DNA from: an uncultured Chloroflexia bacterium
Lineage (GTDB): Bacteria; Chloroflexota; Limnocylindria; Limnocylindrales; CSP1-4
DNA length: 64,000 nucleotides
Direction: 5' to 3'
Assembly: GCA_963809375.1 (NCBI GenBank)
Contig: CAWEJO010000007.1
Coordinates: 108,048 to 172,047, forward strand
This document shows, in pieces, positions 1 to 7,982 of this stretch (its first letter is position 1; every line of letters starts with the position of its first letter). The position numbers and the translations under genes are program-made. The notes under the pieces are model-generated. The model saw only the letters and a list, made by a program, of their open reading frames with translations, had not been told where the DNA came from and ran no database searches.

Positions 1-170
1 CGTCGCCGACCGCCGCGCGCCTCGCCACTGGCGGCCCGAACAGCCGGAATCCCGCGACGAACGGGCGGTCCTGCGCTACGCTCTCGGCAACACACACCCG
101 CGTCCCTGCGTGCGGCCCCCTGTCCGCGCCGTCTCGGCCCGCGGACCAGCGAACAGGAGTCCCAGGCCAG

Positions 171-2024
171 GTGACCACCACCAAGCCGCACGAACTGCCC
201 GTCCAGGACCTGGACCGCGTCACGATCCGGTTCGCCGGCGACTCCGGCGACGGCATGCAGCTGACGGGCACCCAGTTCACCCGGACCGCCGCGGTGTTCG
301 GCAATGACATCAGCACGCTGCCTGACTACCCGGCGGAGATCCGGGCGCCGGCTGGCTCGATCCCCGGCGTCTCGGGCTTCCAGATCAGCTTCAGCTCGAG
401 CGAGATCCACACGCCCGGCGACGCGCCGGACGTCCTCATGGCGATGAACCCGGCCGCGCTCAGGGCGAACATCGGCGACCTGGCGCCGGGCGGCGCCATC
501 ATCGTCAACGCGGACGCGTTCACCCCGCCGAACCTCGCCAAGGCCGGCTACGCGACGAACCCGCTCCGGGACGACTCGCTCAAGGGCTCGGTCGTCTTCG
601 AGATCCCGATCTCGACGCTCAACGCTCGAGCCCTCGAGGGTCTCGACGTCACGTCCAAGCAGGCCGACCTGACCCGCAACTTCTTCGCCCTCGGCGTGAT
701 GTTCTGGCTGTACGGCCGGACGATGGACACGACGCTTGCCTGGATCGACGAGAAGTTCGGGTCGCGGCCCGTCATCGCCGAGGCGAACCGCCGCGCCCTC
801 AACGCGGGCTACGCGTTCGGCGAGACGACGGAGATCTTCCACACGACCTACCGCGTCGGGCCGGCGACGCTGGCGCCCGGCGAGTACCGCAACATCACCG
901 GCAACGAAGCGACGGCCCTCGGCTTCCTGACCGGCGCGCGGCTGGCCGACCGGACGCTGGTGTACGCCAGCTACCCGATCACGCCGGCGTCCGACATCCT
1001 CCACCAGTTCTCGACGTGGAAGAACCACGGCGTGCGGACGTTCCAGGCCGAGGACGAGATCGCGGCGATGGGCGCTGCGCTCGGCGCCGCGTACGGCGGG
1101 GCGCTCGGGCTCACGGGGACGTCCGGCCCCGGCATGGCCCTCAAGGCGGAGATGCTCGGGCTCGCCGCGATGGTGGAGCTTCCGGTCGTCGTCGTGAACG
1201 TCCAGCGTGGCGGGCCTTCGACCGGCCTGCCGACGAAGGTCGAGCAGAGCGACCTCCTGCAGGCGATGTTCAACCGCAACGGCGACAGCCCGCTCCCGAT
1301 CGTCGCCCCGGCGACCCCGGCCGAGTGCTTCGACTACGCGATCCAGGCGACCCGGATCGCGCTGCGCCACATGACCCCGGTCATCTACCTCTCGGACGCG
1401 TTCCTGGCCAACGGGTCGGAGCCGTGGCGCATCCCCGACGAGACTGCGCTGCCCGACCTGCGGGTCGAGAACCGGACCGAGAAGGCCGGCTTCTACCCCT
1501 ACGCGCGCGACCCCGAGACGCTCGCCCGTCCGTGGGCTGTCCCCGGCACGCCCGGCCTCGAGCACCGCATCGGCGGGCTCGAGAAGCTCGACGTCCTGGG
1601 CACGGTGAGCTACGACGCCGACAACCACCATCGGATGACCGTGCTTCGGGGCGAGAAGATCGCCCGCATCGCCAACGAGCTCGAGCCGCTCGAGGTGTTC
1701 GGGCCGCCCGACGGCGACCTGCTGATCCTCGGCTGGGGCAGCACCTACGGCGCGATCCGGAGCGCGGTCGAGCGGCTGCATGGCCGCGGCAAGCGGGTCG
1801 CGCACGCGCACATGCGCTGGATCAACCCGTTCCCCGAGAACACCCCGGATGTCCTCCGGGCCTACGACCGGATCCTCGTCCCCGAGATCAACATGGGACA
1901 GCTGCGCTGGATGATCCGGGCGACCTACCTCGTCGATGCCGTCGGCTTCAACCTGGTCAGGGGCAAGCCATTCCAGATCAGCGAGATCCTGGCCAAGGCC
2001 GAGCAGATGCTCGGGGACCTGTGA
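171..2024 (+). CDS. korA: 2-oxoglutarate/2-oxoacid:ferredoxin oxidoreductase, alpha subunit
   Basis: 617-aa ORF with TIRFAGDSGDGMQLTG, YPITPASDI and GTSGPGMALK motifs typical of KorA-type oxidoreductases. The beta subunit follows 10 nt downstream. Confidence 0.9.
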   Translation: MTTTKPHELPVQDLDRVTIRFAGDSGDGMQLTGTQFTRTAAVFGNDISTLPDYPAEIRAPAGSIPGVSGFQISFSSSEIHTPGDAPDVLMAMNPAALRANIGDLAPGGAIIVNADAFTPPNLAKAGYATNPLRDDSLKGSVVFEIPISTLNARALEGLDVTSKQADLTRNFFALGVMFWLYGRTMDTTLAWIDEKFGSRPVIAEANRRALNAGYAFGETTEIFHTTYRVGPATLAPGEYRNITGNEATALGFLTGARLADRTLVYASYPITPASDILHQFSTWKNHGVRTFQAEDEIAAMGAALGAAYGGALGLTGTSGPGMALKAEMLGLAAMVELPVVVVNVQRGGPSTGLPTKVEQSDLLQAMFNRNGDSPLPIVAPATPAECFDYAIQATRIALRHMTPVIYLSDAFLANGSEPWRIPDETALPDLRVENRTEKAGFYPYARDPETLARPWAVPGTPGLEHRIGGLEKLDVLGTVSYDADNHHRMTVLRGEKIARIANELEPLEVFGPPDGDLLILGWGSTYGAIRSAVERLHGRGKRVAHAHMRWINPFPENTPDVLRAYDRILVPEINMGQLRWMIRATYLVDAVGFNLVRGKPFQISEILAKAEQMLGDL

Positions 2025-2034
2025 GGCACTTCCG

Positions 2035-3075
2035 ATGACCGACCAGCTCGCGGCCCCCGCCGACCAGCCGATCAAGCTCACCCGCAAGGACTACGCATCG
2101 GACCAGGACCCGCGCTGGTGCCCCGGCTGCGGTGACTACTCCATCCTCGCCCAGGCCCAGAAGACGATGCCCGACTTCGGCGTGCCGAAGGAGAACATCG
2201 TCTTCATCAGCGGCATCGGGTGCTCCGGCCGCTTCCCCTACTACATGAACACCTACGGCTTCCACTCGATCCACGGGCGGGCCCCGACCGTCGCCACAGG
2301 GCTCAAGCTCGCGCGCCCGGAGCTGATGGTCTGGGTGATCACCGGGGACGGCGACGCGCTCTCGATCGGCGGCAACCACATCATCCACGCCATGCGCCGG
2401 AACGTTGATATCAAGGTCGTGATGTTCAACAACCGGATCTACGGGTTGACGAAGGGCCAGGCGTCGCCGACCTCCGAGTTCGGCCAGAAGACGAAGTCGA
2501 CGCCCGCGGGCTCCGCCGACTACCCGATCCACCCGCTCATGATCGCCCTCGCCGCGGAGGCGAGCTTCGTCGCCCGGACGGTCGACACGCAGACCGATCA
2601 CATCCAGCGGGTGCTCGACGCGGCGGGGCGGCATCGGGGCTCGACCTTCGTCGAGGTGCTCCAGAACTGCAACATCTTCAACGACGGGGCCCATCGGGCG
2701 TTCACCGACCGCGACGTCCGGGACGACCGGATGCTGGTCCTCGAGCACGGCAAGCCGATGCTCTTCGGCAAGAACCGGGACCAGGGCCTGCGCCTCGACG
2801 GCCTGCGGCCCGAGGTCGTCCGGATCGGCGAGGACGGGATCACCGAGGCGGACATCCTGGTGCACGACGAGACGTCCGAGGACCCGACGGTCCACAACAT
2901 GCTCGCCCGGATCTACTGGCCCGAGTTCCCGGTGCCGATCGGGGTCATTCGCAACGTCCCGCGCCCGACGCACGACGAGCTGCTGATGGCGCAGATCAAG
3001 ACCGCGGTCGCCAAGCAGGGTCCGGCCGATCTCCACCGGCTGCTGCGCTCGGGCGAGACCTGGACCGTGGCGTGA
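2035..3075 (+). CDS. korB: 2-oxoglutarate/2-oxoacid:ferredoxin oxidoreductase, beta subunit
   Basis: ATG at 2035 (MTDQLAAP...). The track start at 1936 overlaps korA and is probably an artefact. Has the RWCPGCGDYSIL cysteine motif and the TPP-binding VITGDGDALSIGGNH motif. Confidence 0.9.
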   Translation: MTDQLAAPADQPIKLTRKDYASDQDPRWCPGCGDYSILAQAQKTMPDFGVPKENIVFISGIGCSGRFPYYMNTYGFHSIHGRAPTVATGLKLARPELMVWVITGDGDALSIGGNHIIHAMRRNVDIKVVMFNNRIYGLTKGQASPTSEFGQKTKSTPAGSADYPIHPLMIALAAEASFVARTVDTQTDHIQRVLDAAGRHRGSTFVEVLQNCNIFNDGAHRAFTDRDVRDDRMLVLEHGKPMLFGKNRDQGLRLDGLRPEVVRIGEDGITEADILVHDETSEDPTVHNMLARIYWPEFPVPIGVIRNVPRPTHDELLMAQIKTAVAKQGPADLHRLLRSGETWTVA

Positions 3076-3129
3076 CGCCGGCCGCGAGCACGGGCGGAGC
3101 GTGACCCCGGCCGCGAGCACGAGCGGCTC

Positions 3130-3726
3130 GTGAGCGTGCCGGTGGCTCCAGGCGGCGGGGACGAGCCACGTGCCGCCGAAGCGCCACTCGCCGGCGGGGA
3201 GACACGTCCTGCCGGGGAGCCTTTCGCCGGCGGGGACGAGCCACGTGCCGCCGAAGCGCCACTCGCCGGCGGGCCGGTCGCCGTCCTGGCCGACGACCTC
3301 ATCTGGGCGACCCGCCTCGTCGGCCAGCTGACGACGCTGGGCGCCCGCCCGGTCCGCGTCGCGTCTCTCGAGGCGCTCACCGAGCTGCTGTCCGGCAGGG
3401 CATCGCTCGACCGGGCAGCGCGGCCCGGACCCAGGCCGGCCGCGGGACGGGTCGTGATCGACCTCACGGCGCGCGCCTACGACGGCGTCGCCGCCGTGCG
3501 AGCCGCGGCTGCCGCAGGATGGCGCGTCCTGGCCGTCGGCCAGCATGACGACCTCCCGCTCCGGCGGGCCGCCCTGGCCGCCGGCGCCGAGCGCGTCTTC
3601 GCCTACCGCAAGCTCTTCGAGGATGGCCACGCGACCCTCGCTGGATGGCTCGGCGTCCCGGTGCCCGCCGTCGGGTCGCGCGACCTGCCCAGCCACGCTT
3701 CGACCCCGGAGGCACCACCCCGATGA
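3130..3726 (+). CDS. Hypothetical protein with a receiver (REC)-like fold and a repeat-containing N-terminus
   Basis: VAVLADDL ... GRVVIDL ... VLAVGQH ... AYRKL spacing resembles the REC acidic pocket, phospho-Asp and Lys positions. The N-terminus carries a duplicated GGDEPRAAEAPLAGG. The stop overlaps the next start (ATGA at 3723). The start codon is uncertain (GTG at 3130, 3136 or 3142). Confidence 0.45.
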   Translation: MSVPVAPGGGDEPRAAEAPLAGGETRPAGEPFAGGDEPRAAEAPLAGGPVAVLADDLIWATRLVGQLTTLGARPVRVASLEALTELLSGRASLDRAARPGPRPAAGRVVIDLTARAYDGVAAVRAAAAAGWRVLAVGQHDDLPLRRAALAAGAERVFAYRKLFEDGHATLAGWLGVPVPAVGSRDLPSHASTPEAPPR

Positions 3727-4904
3727 TCGACCCCCACGCCCCGGATTCGATCCGCCCGGCGACCCGTCCCACGATCCCGCCGGAACGGTTCGCCGAGCGA
3801 CTGGCGCGGGCGCAGGCCGGGGCACGGGCGCATCGCGTCGACGCGCTGCTCGTGAGCGTCGGCCCCGACCTCGCCTACCTCGCCGGCTACGAGGCCATGC
3901 CGCTCGAGCGCCTGACGATGCTCGTCGTGCCGGCCGACGGCCCGGTCTCGCTGGTCGTGCCGCGCCTGGAGGCGGCGCCCGCGCGGCTGTGTCCGGCCGT
4001 CGCGGGAGGTGCGGCGACGCTCGTGACCTGGGAGGAGACGGACGACGCCGCCGCCGTCGTTCGGACGCTCCTCGGCGAGCGGCGGGCCTGCCTCGGCGTG
4101 TCGGACCGACTGACGGCGATGCACCTCCTCCGGCTCCAGGCGTCCATTCCCGGCGCGGCGTTCATCTCCGCGTCGCTCGTCCTGCGGGACCTGCGGGTCA
4201 TCAAGGATGCCGATGAGATCGCGGTGCTGCGGACGGCCGCCGAGGCCGCCGACCGCGTCGTCTGGGCGATCGCGCGCGGCCGACTGATCGGGCGCACCGA
4301 GGCGGAGGTCGCCCGCGAGGTCCGGGACCGGCTCGTCGACGAGGGCCACGATCGCGGCGAGTTCGCGATCGTCGGCTCGGGCCCCAACTCGGCCTCGCCG
4401 CACCACGAGGCGTCGGAGCGGACCATTCGGGCCGGCGAGCCGATTGTGCTGGACATCGGCGGCCCGCTCGGCGGCTACGGCAGCGACATCACGCGCACGC
4501 TCTGGGTCACCGGTGGCGATCCGGCCCACGGGCCCGACCGCGACTTCCTCAACCTCTACGCGGTCCTGCGCGCCGCCCATGCGGAGGCGACGCACGCGGT
4601 CCGGCCGGGCGTCGCCTGCGAGCGGGTGGACCTGGTCGCCCGCGAGATCATCGCGGCGGCCGGCCACGGCGCCCACTTCATCCACCGCACGGGCCACGGC
4701 ATCGGCCTCGAAGGCCATGAGGACCCATACATCGTGGCCGGCAACCTCGAGGTGCTGGCACCCGGCATGGCCTTCAGCATCGAGCCAGGCATCTACGTGG
4801 ACGGCCGTCACGGCGCCCGGATCGAGGACATCGTCGTCTGCGGCGAGAGCGGCCCCGTCGTCCTCAACGACGTGGAACGCGACCTTCTCGTCGTCCGCGG
4901 CTAG
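3723..4904 (+). CDS. M24-family Xaa-Pro aminopeptidase/dipeptidase
   Basis: ATG at 3723 (MIDPHAP...). Metal-ligand motifs VLDIGGPLGGYGSDITRT, HRTGHGIGLEGHEDP and FSIEPGIY are typical of M24B peptidases. Confidence 0.85.
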   Translation: MIDPHAPDSIRPATRPTIPPERFAERLARAQAGARAHRVDALLVSVGPDLAYLAGYEAMPLERLTMLVVPADGPVSLVVPRLEAAPARLCPAVAGGAATLVTWEETDDAAAVVRTLLGERRACLGVSDRLTAMHLLRLQASIPGAAFISASLVLRDLRVIKDADEIAVLRTAAEAADRVVWAIARGRLIGRTEAEVAREVRDRLVDEGHDRGEFAIVGSGPNSASPHHEASERTIRAGEPIVLDIGGPLGGYGSDITRTLWVTGGDPAHGPDRDFLNLYAVLRAAHAEATHAVRPGVACERVDLVAREIIAAAGHGAHFIHRTGHGIGLEGHEDPYIVAGNLEVLAPGMAFSIEPGIYVDGRHGARIEDIVVCGESGPVVLNDVERDLLVVRG

Positions 4905-5329
4905 GGCCAGGCCATCGGCGGCGCCCGAGACCTTCAGGGCGGGCCGACCTCACCGCGACCTCGCCGCCCCAGTCGGTTCGTGGCTTGGTTCCTCCCGTAC
5001 CAGGACCATTCATCGCCTGAGCACAACGGCGGCGGTCAAGGCTCCAGGAGGACCGCGTCCGGCCTGCCCGAGGACGCCTTGTCAGCGATCTCACGATCCC
5101 CATTCGTAGACGGGCCGACAAGGCGTGGCGGCCGGGGTGCGTGACGAGCGGAAGGGGCAGCGGGCCGCCTTGTGCGACGTGCCTGTGCGTGGGGCATGAA
5201 TGGAGGTGGTAGCGGCACTCGGAATGGCGCGTGCCTCGACGGCCCGAGGCTGGAGCCCGGCCGCCCAAGGCCGCCGGACCGGATCGCCGGATCGCCCGGG
5301 GCCGCCGCCGCCCGCGGCTCAGCCACCGA

Positions 5330-6568
5330 CTACGGGCAGTACTTCGCCGCCTTGCCGATGTAGCGGTAGGGACAGCCCATGGCGTCGATGAACCAGAGCA
5401 TCGAGCTCTTGATCCTGTTCATCTCGGGCTTGATGCGCTCGTCGGCCGGGTAGTCCCACACGCCGAGTTCGACGGTGTAGCTGAACGCCTTCCAGGCGCC
5501 GTATCCCCAGTCGCGCGCAGTGCCGCTGTCGACGTAGTTGCTGCTGCCCTGCTCGGCCTTGTACCCGTTGCGGGCCGCCATCGCCTTCGCCAGGGCGATC
5601 GTGGCGGCATGGTCGTCGACGCTCATGTCCTTCGTCCGCGCCGCCCTCGTGTACCCGTACGGCCACAGGATCAGGCGGCCGTACGTGTGGAACGTCACGT
5701 AGCCCCGGATCTGCTGCTTGCCGTCGATGACTCGTGAGGCGAAGAAGGCCCGCATGGCGGCCGCCTCAGGCGTCGACCAGGGCTTCGGTCCGCGGTAGTA
5801 GGACGCCGTGGGGCGCGCGCTCACCAGCCCGCAGCAGCCCCACCGGTAGCCGTAGTTCCGGTTGATGTCCGTCCCGATCGCGCTCGTCCCCGGCGTCGGC
5901 TGGCGGTTCTTGCGCCACTGGTGGTAGCGCCCGCCGGCGATGTCGTACTCGTTGCCGTCGGGGTTCACCTCGAACACGATGAAGATCGAGCGCGTCCGAA
6001 CGAGGCGCGTGACCCGGGCATCGATGCCGTACCCGTCGACCAGCCAGTGCATCACCGCCAGCGTCGCCTCCGGGCCGAAGTGCTCGTTGCCGTGGGTGCC
6101 ACCGTCGAACAGGATCCCCACCTTGTCCTTCTCGGGGAGGGCGCTTGTCGTGATCTCCACGGCGATGAGGTCGCGGCCCTGGTACGACCTCCCGATGCTG
6201 AACTGGCGGACGATCGCCGGGTGGGCGGCGGCGACCGCCCGGACCTCGGCGACGATCTCGGCGTACGTGTGGTACTTGGTGTCGCCTGGCGGGAAGTCGT
6301 GGCTGGCCGCCGCGCCGGCACTGGGCGCGGCGGCAGCCGGCGTCGCGCCCTGCGCGCCCGCCGCGGGCCCTGCAACCGACGCCTGGCTGTCGCCGGGGTG
6401 GCCGAGCAGGCCCGGGCCCGTGGCGTCGGCCGACCGGGCCGGATCGCCCGCGGCCGCCGGGCCGGCGCCCGCCACGAGCGCGCCCGCGACGAGCGCGCCA
6501 GCCACCAGCCCGACGACCAGCCGTCTGGACGTCGTCGGGCGCCGGGGACCGCGATGCTGGTCGCGCAT
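5330..6568 (-). CDS. Secreted M14-family zinc carboxypeptidase
   Basis: Start taken at MRDQHRG (ATG at 6568), followed by a hydrophobic signal sequence LVVGLVAGALVAGALVAGAG. Has the M14 pattern YHTYAEI ... GGTHGNEHFG ... NPDGNEYD ... HTYG. Confidence 0.85.
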   Translation of the reverse strand: MRDQHRGPRRPTTSRRLVVGLVAGALVAGALVAGAGPAAAGDPARSADATGPGLLGHPGDSQASVAGPAAGAQGATPAAAAPSAGAAASHDFPPGDTKYHTYAEIVAEVRAVAAAHPAIVRQFSIGRSYQGRDLIAVEITTSALPEKDKVGILFDGGTHGNEHFGPEATLAVMHWLVDGYGIDARVTRLVRTRSIFIVFEVNPDGNEYDIAGGRYHQWRKNRQPTPGTSAIGTDINRNYGYRWGCCGLVSARPTASYYRGPKPWSTPEAAAMRAFFASRVIDGKQQIRGYVTFHTYGRLILWPYGYTRAARTKDMSVDDHAATIALAKAMAARNGYKAEQGSSNYVDSGTARDWGYGAWKAFSYTVELGVWDYPADERIKPEMNRIKSSMLWFIDAMGCPYRYIGKAAKYCP

Positions 6569-6758
6569 CCACGCATCGTCGCACGCCGCCGACGGAATGG
6601 GAACCGGGAGGGAACCGGTGGCGCGGCCTGGAAAACGGGCGGCCGACGGCGGTGTCGTCCAACCGGCGCTATGCTTCCCGGGATGGGCCGGCCGCTCGCG
6701 GCCGGTGGAGCCCGGACCAGCTTCCGCGATCGGTCCCGGGCCGTGAGAGAGAATCCTG

Positions 6759-7112
6759 ATGACCGACAACGCCCTCGAGACCCTCGAAGAGCGGCCGGGC
6801 CCCGAGGCGACCGACCAGCGCCCCGGAGCGGGTGGCGCCTGCACGCTCGCCCAGCTCCGGCGATTTATCAAGAGCCGTCCCTACGTGCCGCTCCACGAGC
6901 TGCGCCGGCGCTTCGGGCTCAACGGGGAGGACGATGAGGTGTCCGGCTTCCAGGCCGGCCGATCGACCGTCTTCGTGGGCCTGCCGAGCCGCGAGGGGCG
7001 CATGCTCGCGGACCTCGTCCAGCAGGGCGACGTCGGCTACGAGCTCCTGCTCGATCCGACGAGCCCCATGATCATCGGCGTCTTTCCGATCCGGCCCGTC
7101 CAGCGCGGCTGA
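6759..7112 (+). CDS. Hypothetical protein (117 aa)
   Basis: Clean ORF from an ATG, divergent from the carboxypeptidase gene. I recognise no family. CTLAQLRRFIKSRPYVPLHELRRRFG could be a small winged-helix-like segment. Confidence 0.4.
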   Translation: MTDNALETLEERPGPEATDQRPGAGGACTLAQLRRFIKSRPYVPLHELRRRFGLNGEDDEVSGFQAGRSTVFVGLPSREGRMLADLVQQGDVGYELLLDPTSPMIIGVFPIRPVQRG

Positions 7113-7183
7113 TCCGCGCCTTCGGCTCGCTGGAGCGGCCGCGCGGCACGATCGCCGCCCGGCCGGTCGCGGGTCTCGCTCCG

Positions 7184-7837
7184 TCAGTCGCGCGGCGCGC
7201 GTCGTGGCACGTGGACGCCCTCGAGGGCGAGCAGCTGCTCCTTGAGCGCGAGCAGGTCCTCGCGGTCGCCAGGCCATGAGCCGCCGTAGCCGCCGAGGCT
7301 GCCGTCGCCGGCGATGACGCGGTGGCAGGGGATCAGGAGGCCGATCGGGTTCCGCCCGACGGCGCTGCCGACGGCGCGCGCGGCCCCGGGGGCGCCGATC
7401 CGACGAGCGACCTCGCCGTAGCCCGCAACCTCGCCCGGCGCGATCGTGCGGACCCCGGCGAGCACGCGGCGGTCCCAGTCGGAGACACCCTCGAGCACGA
7501 GCGGGAGCTCGCCGAGCTCATCGGCCGCCGGACCGGGCCGCAGCGGCGGCCCCGGGGACCGACCTCCGAACCGGACCGCCAGGATCTCCTCCAGGCGCTC
7601 AAGGTGGCCACGTGCCGCGGGCTCGGCGTCGGGCCCGGACCGGATCACCTCGCGACCGGTGCGCCGCCGGAGCCCGGCGACGAACCCTTCGTCCGTCGAG
7701 CGGACCTCGAGCCCGACGATCCCGTCGGCGACCGCCGCGGCGTGGACCGGCCCGACCGGGCTCGCGAGGACCGCGACCACGGCAGGCGGCCGCGGCTCGC
7801 CGGCGGACGGCCGGGGGGTCCGTGGGGCTCGTCGCAT
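7184..7837 (-). CDS. ogt: Methylated-DNA--protein-cysteine methyltransferase
   Basis: Active-site PCHRVI motif inside [44 protein letters not shown]. Start taken at MRRAPRT (ATG at 7837); the 8029 start is probably an upstream extension. Confidence 0.85.
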   Translation of the reverse strand: MRRAPRTPRPSAGEPRPPAVVAVLASPVGPVHAAAVADGIVGLEVRSTDEGFVAGLRRRTGREVIRSGPDAEPAARGHLERLEEILAVRFGGRSPGPPLRPGPAADELGELPLVLEGVSDWDRRVLAGVRTIAPGEVAGYGEVARRIGAPGAARAVGSAVGRNPIGLLIPCHRVIAGDGSLGGYGGSWPGDREDLLALKEQLLALEGVHVPRRAPRD

Positions 7838-7965
7838 GCCGGCATTGTCGTGCAAACGCCGGCGAAGGCGGTCAGAGCGACCGCGAGCACATCGGTGACC
7901 GCCCGGGCTCCCGTCCGCCGCGCCGTCCGCCACCTTCCGCGCGCCGCGTGCAGGCGAGGGGAGAT

Positions 7966-7982
7966 ATACTCCGGGGGAGTAT
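7966..7982. promoter_or_regulatory. Candidate CsoR-type copper-repressor operator overlapping the copA start
   Basis: Perfect inverted repeat ATACTCC-GGG-GGAGTAT (7 bp arms, 3 bp spacer) in an unusually AT-containing patch (GATATACT). It ends inside the copA ATG (7981-7983). Confidence 0.4.

Noticed and set aside
1978-3825. 615-aa minus-strand ORF antisense to korB. Similar very long antisense or out-of-frame ORFs occur at 3603-4811(-), 7645-9882(-), 20179-23337(+), 24072-25892(+), 29132-32722(-), 28840-32085(+), 38419-41121(-), 41321-43429(-), 44978-46753(-) and 47694-49664(-).
   Set aside because: Their translations are Arg/Gly/Pro/Ala-rich low-complexity strings with no recognisable motifs. 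Each lies opposite or out of frame to a gene with clear family signatures. Stop codons are rare in DNA this GC-rich, so long spurious ORFs are expected.
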